From a virus (taxonomy: Duplodnaviria > Heunggongvirae > Uroviricota > Caudoviricetes), in the IMG/VR virus record IMGVR_UViG_2681813316_000019, positions 1 through 6,567 of that record: DNA of 6,567 nucleotides. One strand, 5' to 3'. Shown piece after piece: positions 1-5,860 of the stretch. How positions within the stretch are numbered: the first letter of the stretch is position 1; each line of letters opens with the position of its first letter. The notes beneath the pieces are model-generated. The model ran no database searches. It was not told the origin of the DNA and saw nothing but the letters and a program-made list of their open reading frames with translations. The translations under genes were made by a program, and so were the position numbers.

Positions 1-140
1 CTATCGGCGAAGGTGAGTTGATGGCTCATGATGTCCCTCTGGGATGCGCTCCGGATGAATATGATGATCTCATATCAGGAACTTGTTCGCACCTTCCCTA
101 ACTAACACTACGTTTCACACAGCAATTACATGGAAATAAC

Positions 141-488
141 ATGACTATCAAAGCGACTGACATAGAGATTCTTCATCGTTATGCTGAAGGGGTAATGGAA
201 CGTTCTAACCATCATGCAAAAAATGTTGGTGCAGCCGCTCTTACATTGCTAGGAGGTGTTATCTGGAAAGCCCTGCCCGGATCAATCGAGATAAGAACGT
301 ATAACGGAAGTCTTGCAAATATGGTGTGGTGGCAAAGCGAAAGAACATTAAAAAATTATGCAATCTCATACAACCATAATTCATGTGAAATTGAAATGAG
401 AGATGAATCAGTCAAAAGTGCTGTATTATTTAGCATTTCCAACGAAACCACTCCAGAAAAAATATTATCACAGCTTTCTGAGCTTTAA
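141..488 (+). CDS. Hypothetical protein (115 aa), family not recognised; oriented opposite to the adjacent replication operon
   Basis: Intact ATG-initiated ORF 141..488 from the ORF track. Hand count of sample lines gives roughly 40% G+C against about 50% in P/O. No motif I can assign. Sits beyond the 3' end of P where lambda has ren/nin genes, but on the other strand. Confidence 0.45.
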   Translation: MTIKATDIEILHRYAEGVMERSNHHAKNVGAAALTLLGGVIWKALPGSIEIRTYNGSLANMVWWQSERTLKNYAISYNHNSCEIEMRDESVKSAVLFSISNETTPEKILSQLSEL

Positions 489-493
489 TTAAA

Positions 494-511
494 GGCGGTG
501 CTAACACCGCC
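494..511. terminator. GC-rich hairpin (GGCGGTG-CTAA-CACCGCC) between the convergent ORF 141..488 and gene P; possible bidirectional terminator
   Basis: Perfect 7-bp inverted repeat with 4-nt loop seen directly. On the minus strand it is followed by TTTAATTAAA (partly U-rich); on the plus strand the tail is not U-rich. Placed between two convergent genes. Confidence 0.35.
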
Positions 512-692
512 CATACCATTACTCCACATCTTACGCAACTTGATAATTATGCTCTATTAAATACCCACAATATTTCATCAATGCATGGGTCAGCTACAAA
601 ATGTTTACCGTGGTAATTCCTGTTTTCGCAACATCTCAAAAGAACAATAAACACTGTATTTCTTCAAGTAACGAAGAATCTTTCTTTGCCCG

Positions 693-1394
693 TCATACAC
701 TTGCTCCTTTCAGCCCAAACTTAGCTTTGATTTCTGCGATCTTCGCCAGAGCCTGTGCACGATTTAGAGGTCTACCGCCCATAACAGGAAGTTGTTTTAC
801 TGGTTCAGGTATCGTCTCACCACGGTTAATTCGCGCTGTCATACAGGTCAGTTCATCGGCAGCCTTGCGCCGTAATTCCGCGTCAGTCAGCGCATTGGCC
901 CGCATGTTCTGGTACAGGTTGGTAACCAGCCAGTAGTGCGCGTTTGATTTCCATGGATAAGACTCTGCATCCGGATAAAGGCCACGCTTCCGGCAATACT
1001 CGTAAACCATATCAACCAGCTCGCTGGCGTTTGGCAGCCCGGCGTTAACGGATGCTTCTTCCCGGCACCAGGCGACAAACTGCCCGGGTGATGGCAGGAA
1101 TGGTCGATTCTGCCGACGGGCTACGCGCATTCCTGCGTTAACCTGTTCCATTGTGGTGATCCCGTTTTCCCGGAAAGCCAGAACCCACTGGCGGCGGATT
1201 TCGTTCAGTTCGTTCTGGTCACGGTTAGCCAGGCTCGCCGGGAAAGTTGCCAGTAACTGGCTGAACACACCGTTGATGATCTGCGCTACCTGCTGTACCT
1301 GCGGCTTTTCGTCGTACTGTTCCGGCATGTTGTTGGCGATCCGGCGCATCTGCTCACGGTCAAAGTTAACCATCTGTGCGGCGATGTTTTTCAT
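693..1394 (-). CDS. P: Replication protein P (DnaB helicase loader), lambda-type
   Basis: 233-aa translation matches phage lambda P as I remember it almost residue for residue along its whole length (MKNIAAQMVNFDREQMRRIANNMPEQYDEKPQV...AKIAEIKAKFGLKGASV). ATG at 1392-1394 overlaps the TGA stop of the upstream O gene (ATGA). Confidence 0.95.
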   Translation of the reverse strand: MKNIAAQMVNFDREQMRRIANNMPEQYDEKPQVQQVAQIINGVFSQLLATFPASLANRDQNELNEIRRQWVLAFRENGITTMEQVNAGMRVARRQNRPFLPSPGQFVAWCREEASVNAGLPNASELVDMVYEYCRKRGLYPDAESYPWKSNAHYWLVTNLYQNMRANALTDAELRRKAADELTCMTARINRGETIPEPVKQLPVMGGRPLNRAQALAKIAEIKAKFGLKGASV

Positions 1395-2320
1395 AAATCC
1401 ACCCCGTAAATCCAGTCAGTGTTTGTCAGGTCGAGTTTTGATTTTCCGGTTGTCACGCCAGCCTGTTGCTTGTTACGGTTGATTTCGAGTTGGGTCCACT
1501 TGTCGCGGAGTTTGGCCGGACTCAGCACGTTACCGGACCAGAAGTTGTCCTGGCATGCCCAGCGGAACAGCACGCACATGTCGCGGTGGTTACGTCCGTC
1601 ACGTTCACGCATCAGGCGGATATCGTTAGCCCACCCTGCAAAATTCGGTTTTCTGGCTGATGGTGCGATGGTCTTCACCATGTCAAACATCCACTCTGCG
1701 GCGGTCAGGTCTTCTGCTGTCCCCCACTTGCTGCCGCTCTGAATCGCAGCATCCGGTTTCACCACAGGAAGGTCGTTTTCTGGCTGGTCAGAGTATTCGC
1801 CAGAATTCTCGGACGAATAAGGTTTTATATTGTCTTTTGTTAGTTTGTCTTTTGTGTTTACCTGATTCGGGTAAGTGCCTTTACCTGATTTGGGTAAACT
1901 TTTCTTACCTGATTCAGGTAAATTTACCTCTTTCAGGTAAACTTTATTTTTCTTACCTGATTCGGGTAATGTTGACCATTCACTGACCACATTATTAATG
2001 CCGATATTCCGCCCGCTCTGAATAAAAATCCCACGCTTTACCAGAACACTTTTTGCAGCAGAACACTTGTGCGGCAATATCCCGGTCAACTCGGAAAGTT
2101 GCTCGTTGCTCACCCAATCCAGTTTTTTATTAAAGCCATATGTTTTGCGCATGACAGCCAGGAAGACCAGAAGCTGGTGCTGTGTTAATCCGGCCAGCAT
2201 CACAGCTTCCAGCAACTCATTTGCAATGCGCGTATAACCATCATCGAGATCTGCCACGCGCGGCTCCTTTTGTGCCACATCCGGCACTGGAAAATTGAAT
2301 ATCTCAGCAGTGTTTGCCAT
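1391..2320 (-). CDS. O: Replication initiator protein O (origin-binding); C-terminal domain lambda-like, N-terminal DNA-binding region divergent
   Basis: C-terminal about 60 aa (RDMCVLFRWACQDNFWSGNVLSPAKLRDKWTQLEINRNKQQAGVT...LDLTNTDWIYGVDL) matches lambda O closely; the N-terminus MANTAEIFNF resembles lambda O MTNTAKILNF. Start chosen at the ATG at 2318-2320 because it is preceded by GGGAGGAATT (strong SD). The ORF-track extension to 2410 adds 30 residues with no RBS and would overlap the upstream gene. Iterons lie inside the coding region, as in lambda. Confidence 0.9.
   Translation of the reverse strand: MANTAEIFNFPVPDVAQKEPRVADLDDGYTRIANELLEAVMLAGLTQHQLLVFLAVMRKTYGFNKKLDWVSNEQLSELTGILPHKCSAAKSVLVKRGIFIQSGRNIGINNVVSEWSTLPESGKKNKVYLKEVNLPESGKKSLPKSGKGTYPNQVNTKDKLTKDNIKPYSSENSGEYSDQPENDLPVVKPDAAIQSGSKWGTAEDLTAAEWMFDMVKTIAPSARKPNFAGWANDIRLMRERDGRNHRDMCVLFRWACQDNFWSGNVLSPAKLRDKWTQLEINRNKQQAGVTTGKSKLDLTNTDWIYGVDL
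1858..1969. repeat. Origin of replication: five 17-bp iterons (consensus TTACCTGATTCGGGTAA, arms TTACC/GGTAA) inside gene O, with an AT-rich segment at about 1806-1857 on the O-downstream side
   Basis: Seen directly: copies start at 1858, 1881, 1905, 1924 and 1953, each an imperfect palindrome TTACC-N7-GGTAA. The flanking segment 1811-1860 is strongly A+T-rich. Architecture matches ori-lambda (iterons then AT-rich region within O), but the iteron sequence is not the lambda one. Confidence 0.8.
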
Positions 2321-2406
2321 AATTCCTCCCGCAATGAGTGCGTTACGATTTGCACCTGAAAGTCGGCTCTGTTCCCGCAGACCGGCTTTCGCCATTTCTG
2401 AGCCTG

Positions 2407-2952
2407 TCATATTGCCCCCAACATGGTGGTAACCATCGCCATCAATGGACCAGCCAGATCCGGGTCCACACGAAACATCGACACAATACCTTCACTAATT
2501 TCCTTCAGTTTCTGGTGGCGTGGTGCGTTGAGAATGACTGCCTGTTTTGCCTCACTGAGTTCCTTTTCCATTTCAGCCAACCTAGCCATGAAGCTATCCT
2601 GCTCAACCAGGTAACCGCGATATTCCAGCGGTAGTACCGCTAGAATTGCCGGGGTCAGTTCACGCACGTTATTTCGGTATTTTTCAGAATCGAATTTGTT
2701 ATCGAGGAAGCGGAACAGCTTCTGGCGTGCACGGCTGACATCATCAGGGAAATCGATGGCGCCGCCGCCCTGCTCCCGATACTCATTCACAATGAGTGTG
2801 GCAACGACATCCTGATTATCTTCAGCCGACCAGGCGCGGACGGCATCACGGATTTTTTCGTGGCCTGGCACCTGTTTTGTTTGAGAACGATTTATCACCG
2901 CAGTCGGGCTAAATCCGCTAGTCTGTTGGTATGTAAGTGGTTGCATAGTCAT
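2407..2952 (-). CDS. YdaT-like protein at the cII position (function uncertain)
   Basis: 181-aa ORF immediately downstream (24-bp gap) of the Cro-like gene and upstream of O. Segments NEYREQGGG and TPAILAVLPLEYR resemble the Rac-prophage YdaT family as I remember it, which is why I call it YdaT-like. True start may be the second ATG (2944-2946), which has better spacing to an AAGG. Confidence 0.55.
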   Translation of the reverse strand: MTMQPLTYQQTSGFSPTAVINRSQTKQVPGHEKIRDAVRAWSAEDNQDVVATLIVNEYREQGGGAIDFPDDVSRARQKLFRFLDNKFDSEKYRNNVRELTPAILAVLPLEYRGYLVEQDSFMARLAEMEKELSEAKQAVILNAPRHQKLKEISEGIVSMFRVDPDLAGPLMAMVTTMLGAI

Positions 2953-2976
2953 TGCCTTATCAGTTAACGCCGCAGT

Positions 2977-3204
2977 TTAGGCGGCAGAATTACTCGCGTT
3001 AAACAATGGTGCGAGGTCGGGACGAATATCTGCTGGTTTAATCTTTCCACCAGTGGCTGAGACAATTTTCATTACATAGCGGGCATCAATTCCGCCACCG
3101 TGTAGCCAACGCCAAACTGTGGGTTGGGCTACACCGCATAGATCTGCCAGTCGTTTTTGACTACCTGTAATACTGATTGCGAGTTGAATGGTTTGATTTG
3201 TCAT
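2977..3204 (-). CDS. Cro-like small HTH regulator (YdaS-like)
   Basis: 76 aa from the ATG at 3202-3204 (the ORF-track start at 3210 is a TTG). HTH segment GSQKRLADLCGVAQPTVWRW and the downstream IRPDL motif resemble YdaS/Cro-type regulators. Divergent from the repressor gene across a 110-bp operator region. AGGA lies 8 nt upstream. Confidence 0.75.
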   Translation of the reverse strand: MTNQTIQLAISITGSQKRLADLCGVAQPTVWRWLHGGGIDARYVMKIVSATGGKIKPADIRPDLAPLFNASNSAA

Positions 3205-3314
3205 TATCAATTCCTATTGGTATTGCAATGAATGAATAATAGCAATGCGTATTAATCCAAGTAATAGCAAAACGTGTTTTGACCATCAATACGCAAGCGT
3301 ATAAATTAAAACTT
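3205..3314. promoter_or_regulatory. Divergent immunity control region (OR-like): repeated operator motif TAATAGCAA(T) and candidate PR and PRM promoters
   Basis: TAATAGCAAT at 3237-3246 and TAATAGCAA at 3262-3270, plus a related palindromic ATTGCAAT at 3222-3229. Candidate PRM on plus strand: TTGAC(C) 3279-3284, about 16 bp, TATAAA 3300-3305, placing the transcription start at or just before the repressor ATG at 3315. Candidate PR on minus strand: TTGATG (plus coords 3284-3289), 17 bp, TATTAC (3261-3266). Promoter hexamers are by eye, not scored. Confidence 0.55.
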
Positions 3315-4007
3315 ATGAAAAAAGAAACTCTTGCTGATCGCTTAAACCTAGCGATGGAACAATCTGGAATGTCTCAAGGCGCTCTTGCAAAGGCGTCTGG
3401 CGTAGCTCAACCCACAATCTGGAGACTGACAAGCGGCAACGCGCGCGGCTCAACAAAAATTGTTGAAATAGCTAATGCATTGGGTGTTCGAACAGAATGG
3501 CTCTCATCAGGCATAGGCCCGATGAGAAATGACGGTCAACAATCAGGGAAGCCTGCTGTCAGCCATTCAAAATACTTCAAGATTGACGTTCTTGATATAG
3601 AAGTCAGTGCCGGGCCGGGTGTAATCAACCGTGAGTTTGTAGAAGTTCTACGCTCGGTTGAGTACTCGTTTGACGATGCTCGTCACATGTTCGATGGCAG
3701 GAAGGCGGAAAATATCCGCATCATTAACGTGCGTGGTGACAGCATGTCAGGAACGATCGAACCAGGTGATCTTCTGTTCGTTGATATCACGGTTAAATCT
3801 TTCGACGGTGATGGTATCTATGCGTTTCTGTATGACGACACAGCCCATGTAAAGCGCCTGCAAATGATGAAGGATAAGCTGCTGGTTATCTCTGATAACA
3901 AGAGCTACTCACCGTGGGACCCGATCGAGAAAGACGAGATGAACCGGGTATTCATCTTCGGGAAAGTCATCGGAAGCATGCCGCAGACGTATAGGAAGCA
4001 TGGGTAG
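3315..4007 (+). CDS. CI-type prophage repressor: N-terminal HTH_XRE domain plus C-terminal LexA-like S24 peptidase (autocleavable, SOS-inducible type)
   Basis: HTH MSQGALAKASGVAQPTIWRLTSG; candidate Ala-Gly cleavage site in EVSAGPGV; catalytic Ser motif VRGDSMSG and Lys in AHVKRL, as in LexA and lambda CI. Start set at the ATG at 3315 (MKKETL...); the ORF-track start at 3279 is a TTG. No SD precedes 3315. Confidence 0.85.
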   Translation: MKKETLADRLNLAMEQSGMSQGALAKASGVAQPTIWRLTSGNARGSTKIVEIANALGVRTEWLSSGIGPMRNDGQQSGKPAVSHSKYFKIDVLDIEVSAGPGVINREFVEVLRSVEYSFDDARHMFDGRKAENIRIINVRGDSMSGTIEPGDLLFVDITVKSFDGDGIYAFLYDDTAHVKRLQMMKDKLLVISDNKSYSPWDPIEKDEMNRVFIFGKVIGSMPQTYRKHG

Positions 4008-4118
4008 TGAAGGACGTGTCAACTCTATTTTGTAAGCTATCCAGACTCACAGTTGCAGATCGACGAGTAACTTACATACAGCACAAAAAAACAATATGCG
4101 AGTGCTTTTAGACTAGAC

Positions 4119-4133
4119 TTACCATAATGGTAA
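4119..4133. promoter_or_regulatory. 15-bp palindrome TTACCAT-A-ATGGTAA overlapping the first ATG of the toxin-like gene; candidate operator for the module
   Basis: Perfect 7-bp arms seen directly. Resembles the ACCT-N-AGGT type palindromes bound by MqsA-family antitoxins (from memory). Position at the 5' end of the three-gene module. Confidence 0.35.
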
Positions 4134-4537
4134 CAAGTATGATTCTTAGCAGATATGTGGGAACTCCTCCCCGTGATGGCGAGGACAGAAAGATTCAAGG
4201 TGGTCCGCTTTATTTAGATATCATTGATTTGATTGATGAATGTGACACACTGCCTTGGACTAAACGGTGTATCAGGGATGTTCAATCGCTTTCTTTAGAT
4301 GCAGATGACATCAAATCTATGGTGATAAAAGCAGTCACTAAAGGGAGATTTCTAGGTTCAGAATGGTGTCAAGGCAGTAAACCAGGTGTATGGGCAGCTT
4401 GTGATGCTTATAGCTTTGAGCACTCATTTTGGTGCCAAGCTATGCATAAAGAACTTAATAACGAGTTCTACATTAAATTTTTTGTAAACATTACTGGCAA
4501 TGTAGTGCTTACAGTATCTCTTCATCTCTCTAATTGA
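4127..4537 (+). CDS. MqsR-like toxin (RelE-superfamily mRNA interferase fold), putative toxin of a TAC module
   Basis: 136-aa ORF. C-terminal half (DDIKSMVIKAV...WCQAMHKELNNEFYIKFFVNITGNVVLTVSLHLSN) aligns by eye with E. coli MqsR (DFYKSMTT...YLKITVIHDVLIVSFKEK). Toxin-first gene order matches mqsR-mqsA. About 25 N-terminal residues are extra; an alternative start is ATG 4139. No clear SD. Confidence 0.55.
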   Translation: MVTSMILSRYVGTPPRDGEDRKIQGGPLYLDIIDLIDECDTLPWTKRCIRDVQSLSLDADDIKSMVIKAVTKGRFLGSEWCQGSKPGVWAACDAYSFEHSFWCQAMHKELNNEFYIKFFVNITGNVVLTVSLHLSN

Positions 4538-4561
4538 GTGATGATAAATGAGGATTTTTAT

Positions 4562-5149
4562 ATGAGAAACAACAACATATGTCCAGTTTGTGGTGTAGGT
4601 CATCTCACCGTGGAGATGGAGTATGATGATGTTACTTATAAAGGGGAAACAAAAAATCTCCCAATAAGGTTTTCTGTGTGTGATCAATGTGGTTCGGAAA
4701 CTGCCACACCAGTCGATTTACGAGAAAACAAACGAATTTTCAATGAATACAAAAAGTCTATCGATGGACTTTTAACAGGAAAAGAATTAAAAAAAATTAG
4801 AACTGAAGTATGGATGATAACCCAGCAAAAGGCATCCTCTATATTTGGTGGGGGGCCTAAGGCATTTTCCAAGTATGAATCTGATGATGTCATTCAATCA
4901 GAAGCAATGGATAAACTGATGCGTTTAGCAGCAGAAGTTCCTGATGCATTCAAAAGGTTACGGGAATTATCTGGCGAAATCAAAGTTGAAAGAACAGTCT
5001 CATCATCTAAATCTTTACCTATATGGAAATCTGAAGCAAAAGCACAATTTGAAAACGATGATCAGGGATTTGACAGCAAATCACCAGCCCAAACAAAAAT
5101 GAATCAAACATCAATAAAGATAAAAACTGTTGCTAAGCGGGTAGCATGA
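4562..5149 (+). CDS. MqsA-like antitoxin: N-terminal zinc ribbon (CPVC...CDQC) plus HTH_XRE domain, with a C-terminal extension of about 55-60 aa
   Basis: ICPVCGVGH...CDQCGSE resembles the MqsA Zn-binding domain (MKCPVCHQGE...YCVHCEE). ITQQKASSIFGGGPKAFSKYESDD matches the MqsA HTH region LTQKEASEIFGGGVNAFSRYEKGN. Start placed at ATG 4562, preceded by GAGGA with a 7-nt spacer; the ORF-track start at 4538 is GTG. The protein is about 65 aa longer than E. coli MqsA, mostly at the C-terminus. Confidence 0.75.
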   Translation: MRNNNICPVCGVGHLTVEMEYDDVTYKGETKNLPIRFSVCDQCGSETATPVDLRENKRIFNEYKKSIDGLLTGKELKKIRTEVWMITQQKASSIFGGGPKAFSKYESDDVIQSEAMDKLMRLAAEVPDAFKRLRELSGEIKVERTVSSSKSLPIWKSEAKAQFENDDQGFDSKSPAQTKMNQTSIKIKTVAKRVA

Positions 5150-5649
5150 TGAATGAACTTCTTAGATCAGCAATAGACGCATTATCAATAATGCATATCA
5201 ATATCAGAGAATCTAACTTTGCTTTTTCTGAAGGGTATAATAGCTTTAACTTCAACAGCATAAATAAGCAAACACAATCATTTCGTAAGATAAAAAAAAT
5301 CGAAGCTATTGAATTAGTAAGTGACGATGACTCATTAAAAAATGAGCTATATTACTCTTTTCACTACTCAGTTGGGCTTAGATTTATTGCAAAATCCGAA
5401 GAAACATCTAAAGACGAAAATGATGTTGATACAATTTTTTCTATAGAAGCAATTTTTGAGGCGATATATCGCTCAAAAAGAGAATTATCTAAAGAAGAGT
5501 TAGAAGAATTTGCTAAGCAAAATGTAGGTTTTAATGTATGGCCTTTTTGGCGAGAGTATGTTCAAAACAGCACATCCAGAATGGGAATTACTACAATAGC
5601 TATACCATTCTTTAAATTCAATAAATCAGACATACCTTCATTAGATTAA
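5146..5649 (+). CDS. SecB-like chaperone, putative third component of a TAC module
   Basis: 167 aa. C-terminal segment FNVWPFWREYVQNSTSRMGITTIAIPFFKF matches the conserved SecB segment [34 protein letters not shown]; IFSI and an acidic central region also align. Start ATG overlaps the antitoxin stop (ATGA at 5146-5149), suggesting translational coupling. Hand-counted G+C on one sample line is about one third. Confidence 0.6.
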   Translation: MMNELLRSAIDALSIMHINIRESNFAFSEGYNSFNFNSINKQTQSFRKIKKIEAIELVSDDDSLKNELYYSFHYSVGLRFIAKSEETSKDENDVDTIFSIEAIFEAIYRSKRELSKEELEEFAKQNVGFNVWPFWREYVQNSTSRMGITTIAIPFFKFNKSDIPSLD

Positions 5650-5663
5650 ATTCAAATATAACT

Positions 5664-5690
5664 CCCGGCTACCGTGCCGGGTTTTCTTTT
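5664..5690 (+). terminator. Rho-independent terminator ending the repressor-side operon (t_imm equivalent)
   Basis: CCCGGC-TACCGT-GCCGGG hairpin (6-bp GC stem) followed directly by TTTTCTTTT, 15 bp after the stop of the SecB-like gene. Confidence 0.8.
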
Positions 5691-5780
5691 GTCCCCTCCC
5701 CTCATCACACACCGTTCAAAAAACCACCACGACCTCACTTCAGTTATCGCTATGCGATGCAAGTCACAAAATTAATTCTT

Positions 5781-5860
5781 TTTGCTATCAAACATTTAAT
5801 ATCAAAACACATCAACTAATAGCAATAAGTATTGATATCACCAATAGCAATAGCTATTAT
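5781..5860 (+). promoter_or_regulatory. OL/PL-like region: operator motif copies shared with the OR region, overlapping a candidate sigma70 promoter for the leftward early operon
   Basis: TAATAGCAAT at 5817-5826 (exact 10-mer also at 3237-3246), AATAGCAAT at 5843-5851 adjoining palindrome AATAGCTATT (5849-5858), and reverse-oriented TTTGCTAT at 5781-5788. Candidate promoter: TTGATA 5832-5837, 17-bp spacer, TATTAT 5855-5860, with operator copies in the spacer. Confidence 0.55.

Noticed and set aside
1858-1969. Regularly spaced direct repeats, considered as a possible CRISPR array
   Set aside because: The repeats are 17-bp palindromic iterons spaced 19-29 bp apart inside the O coding sequence, next to an AT-rich region. 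That is a replication origin, not repeat-spacer architecture.
601-1986. ORF-track entries 601..936 (+), 887..1078 (-), 1153..1482 (+), 1419..1742 (+), 1466..1660 (+), 1660..1986 (+)
   Set aside because: All lie antisense to or in alternative frames of the P and O genes, which are identified with high confidence. Their translations are low-complexity or Cys/Ser/Arg-rich and they lack ribosome-binding sites, so they are most likely shadow ORFs.
2321-2410. 5' extension of O in the ORF track (MTGSEMAKAGLREQSRLSGANRNALIAGGI...)
   Set aside because: The internal ATG at 2318-2320 has a strong SD (GGGAGG) and yields an N-terminus like lambda O. The extension has no RBS and would overlap the upstream gene's stop.
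2338-2634. Plus-strand ORFs 2338..2634 and 2423..2614
   Set aside because: Antisense to the YdaT-like gene and the O start; no RBS and implausible composition.
3279-3314. TTG-initiated 12-codon extension of the repressor ORF, and TTG start of the Cro-like ORF at 3210
   Set aside because: Both upstream starts are TTG codons inside the operator/promoter region. The ATG starts at 3315 and 3204 give properly positioned HTH domains.
3658-3852. ORF 3658..3852 (+), alternative frame inside the repressor gene
   Set aside because: Fully embedded in the S24 peptidase coding region, where the main frame has clear catalytic motifs.
4538-4561. GTG (4538) or ATG (4541) as the antitoxin start
   Set aside because: Neither has an SD; ATG 4562 is preceded by GAGGA at ideal spacing and places the CPVC zinc motif at the N-terminus as in MqsA.
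4424-4893. Minus-strand ORFs 4424..4687 and 4684..4893
   Set aside because: Antisense to the toxin and antitoxin genes in AT-rich DNA, where long open frames arise by chance. Translations are hydrophobic and low-complexity with no RBS.
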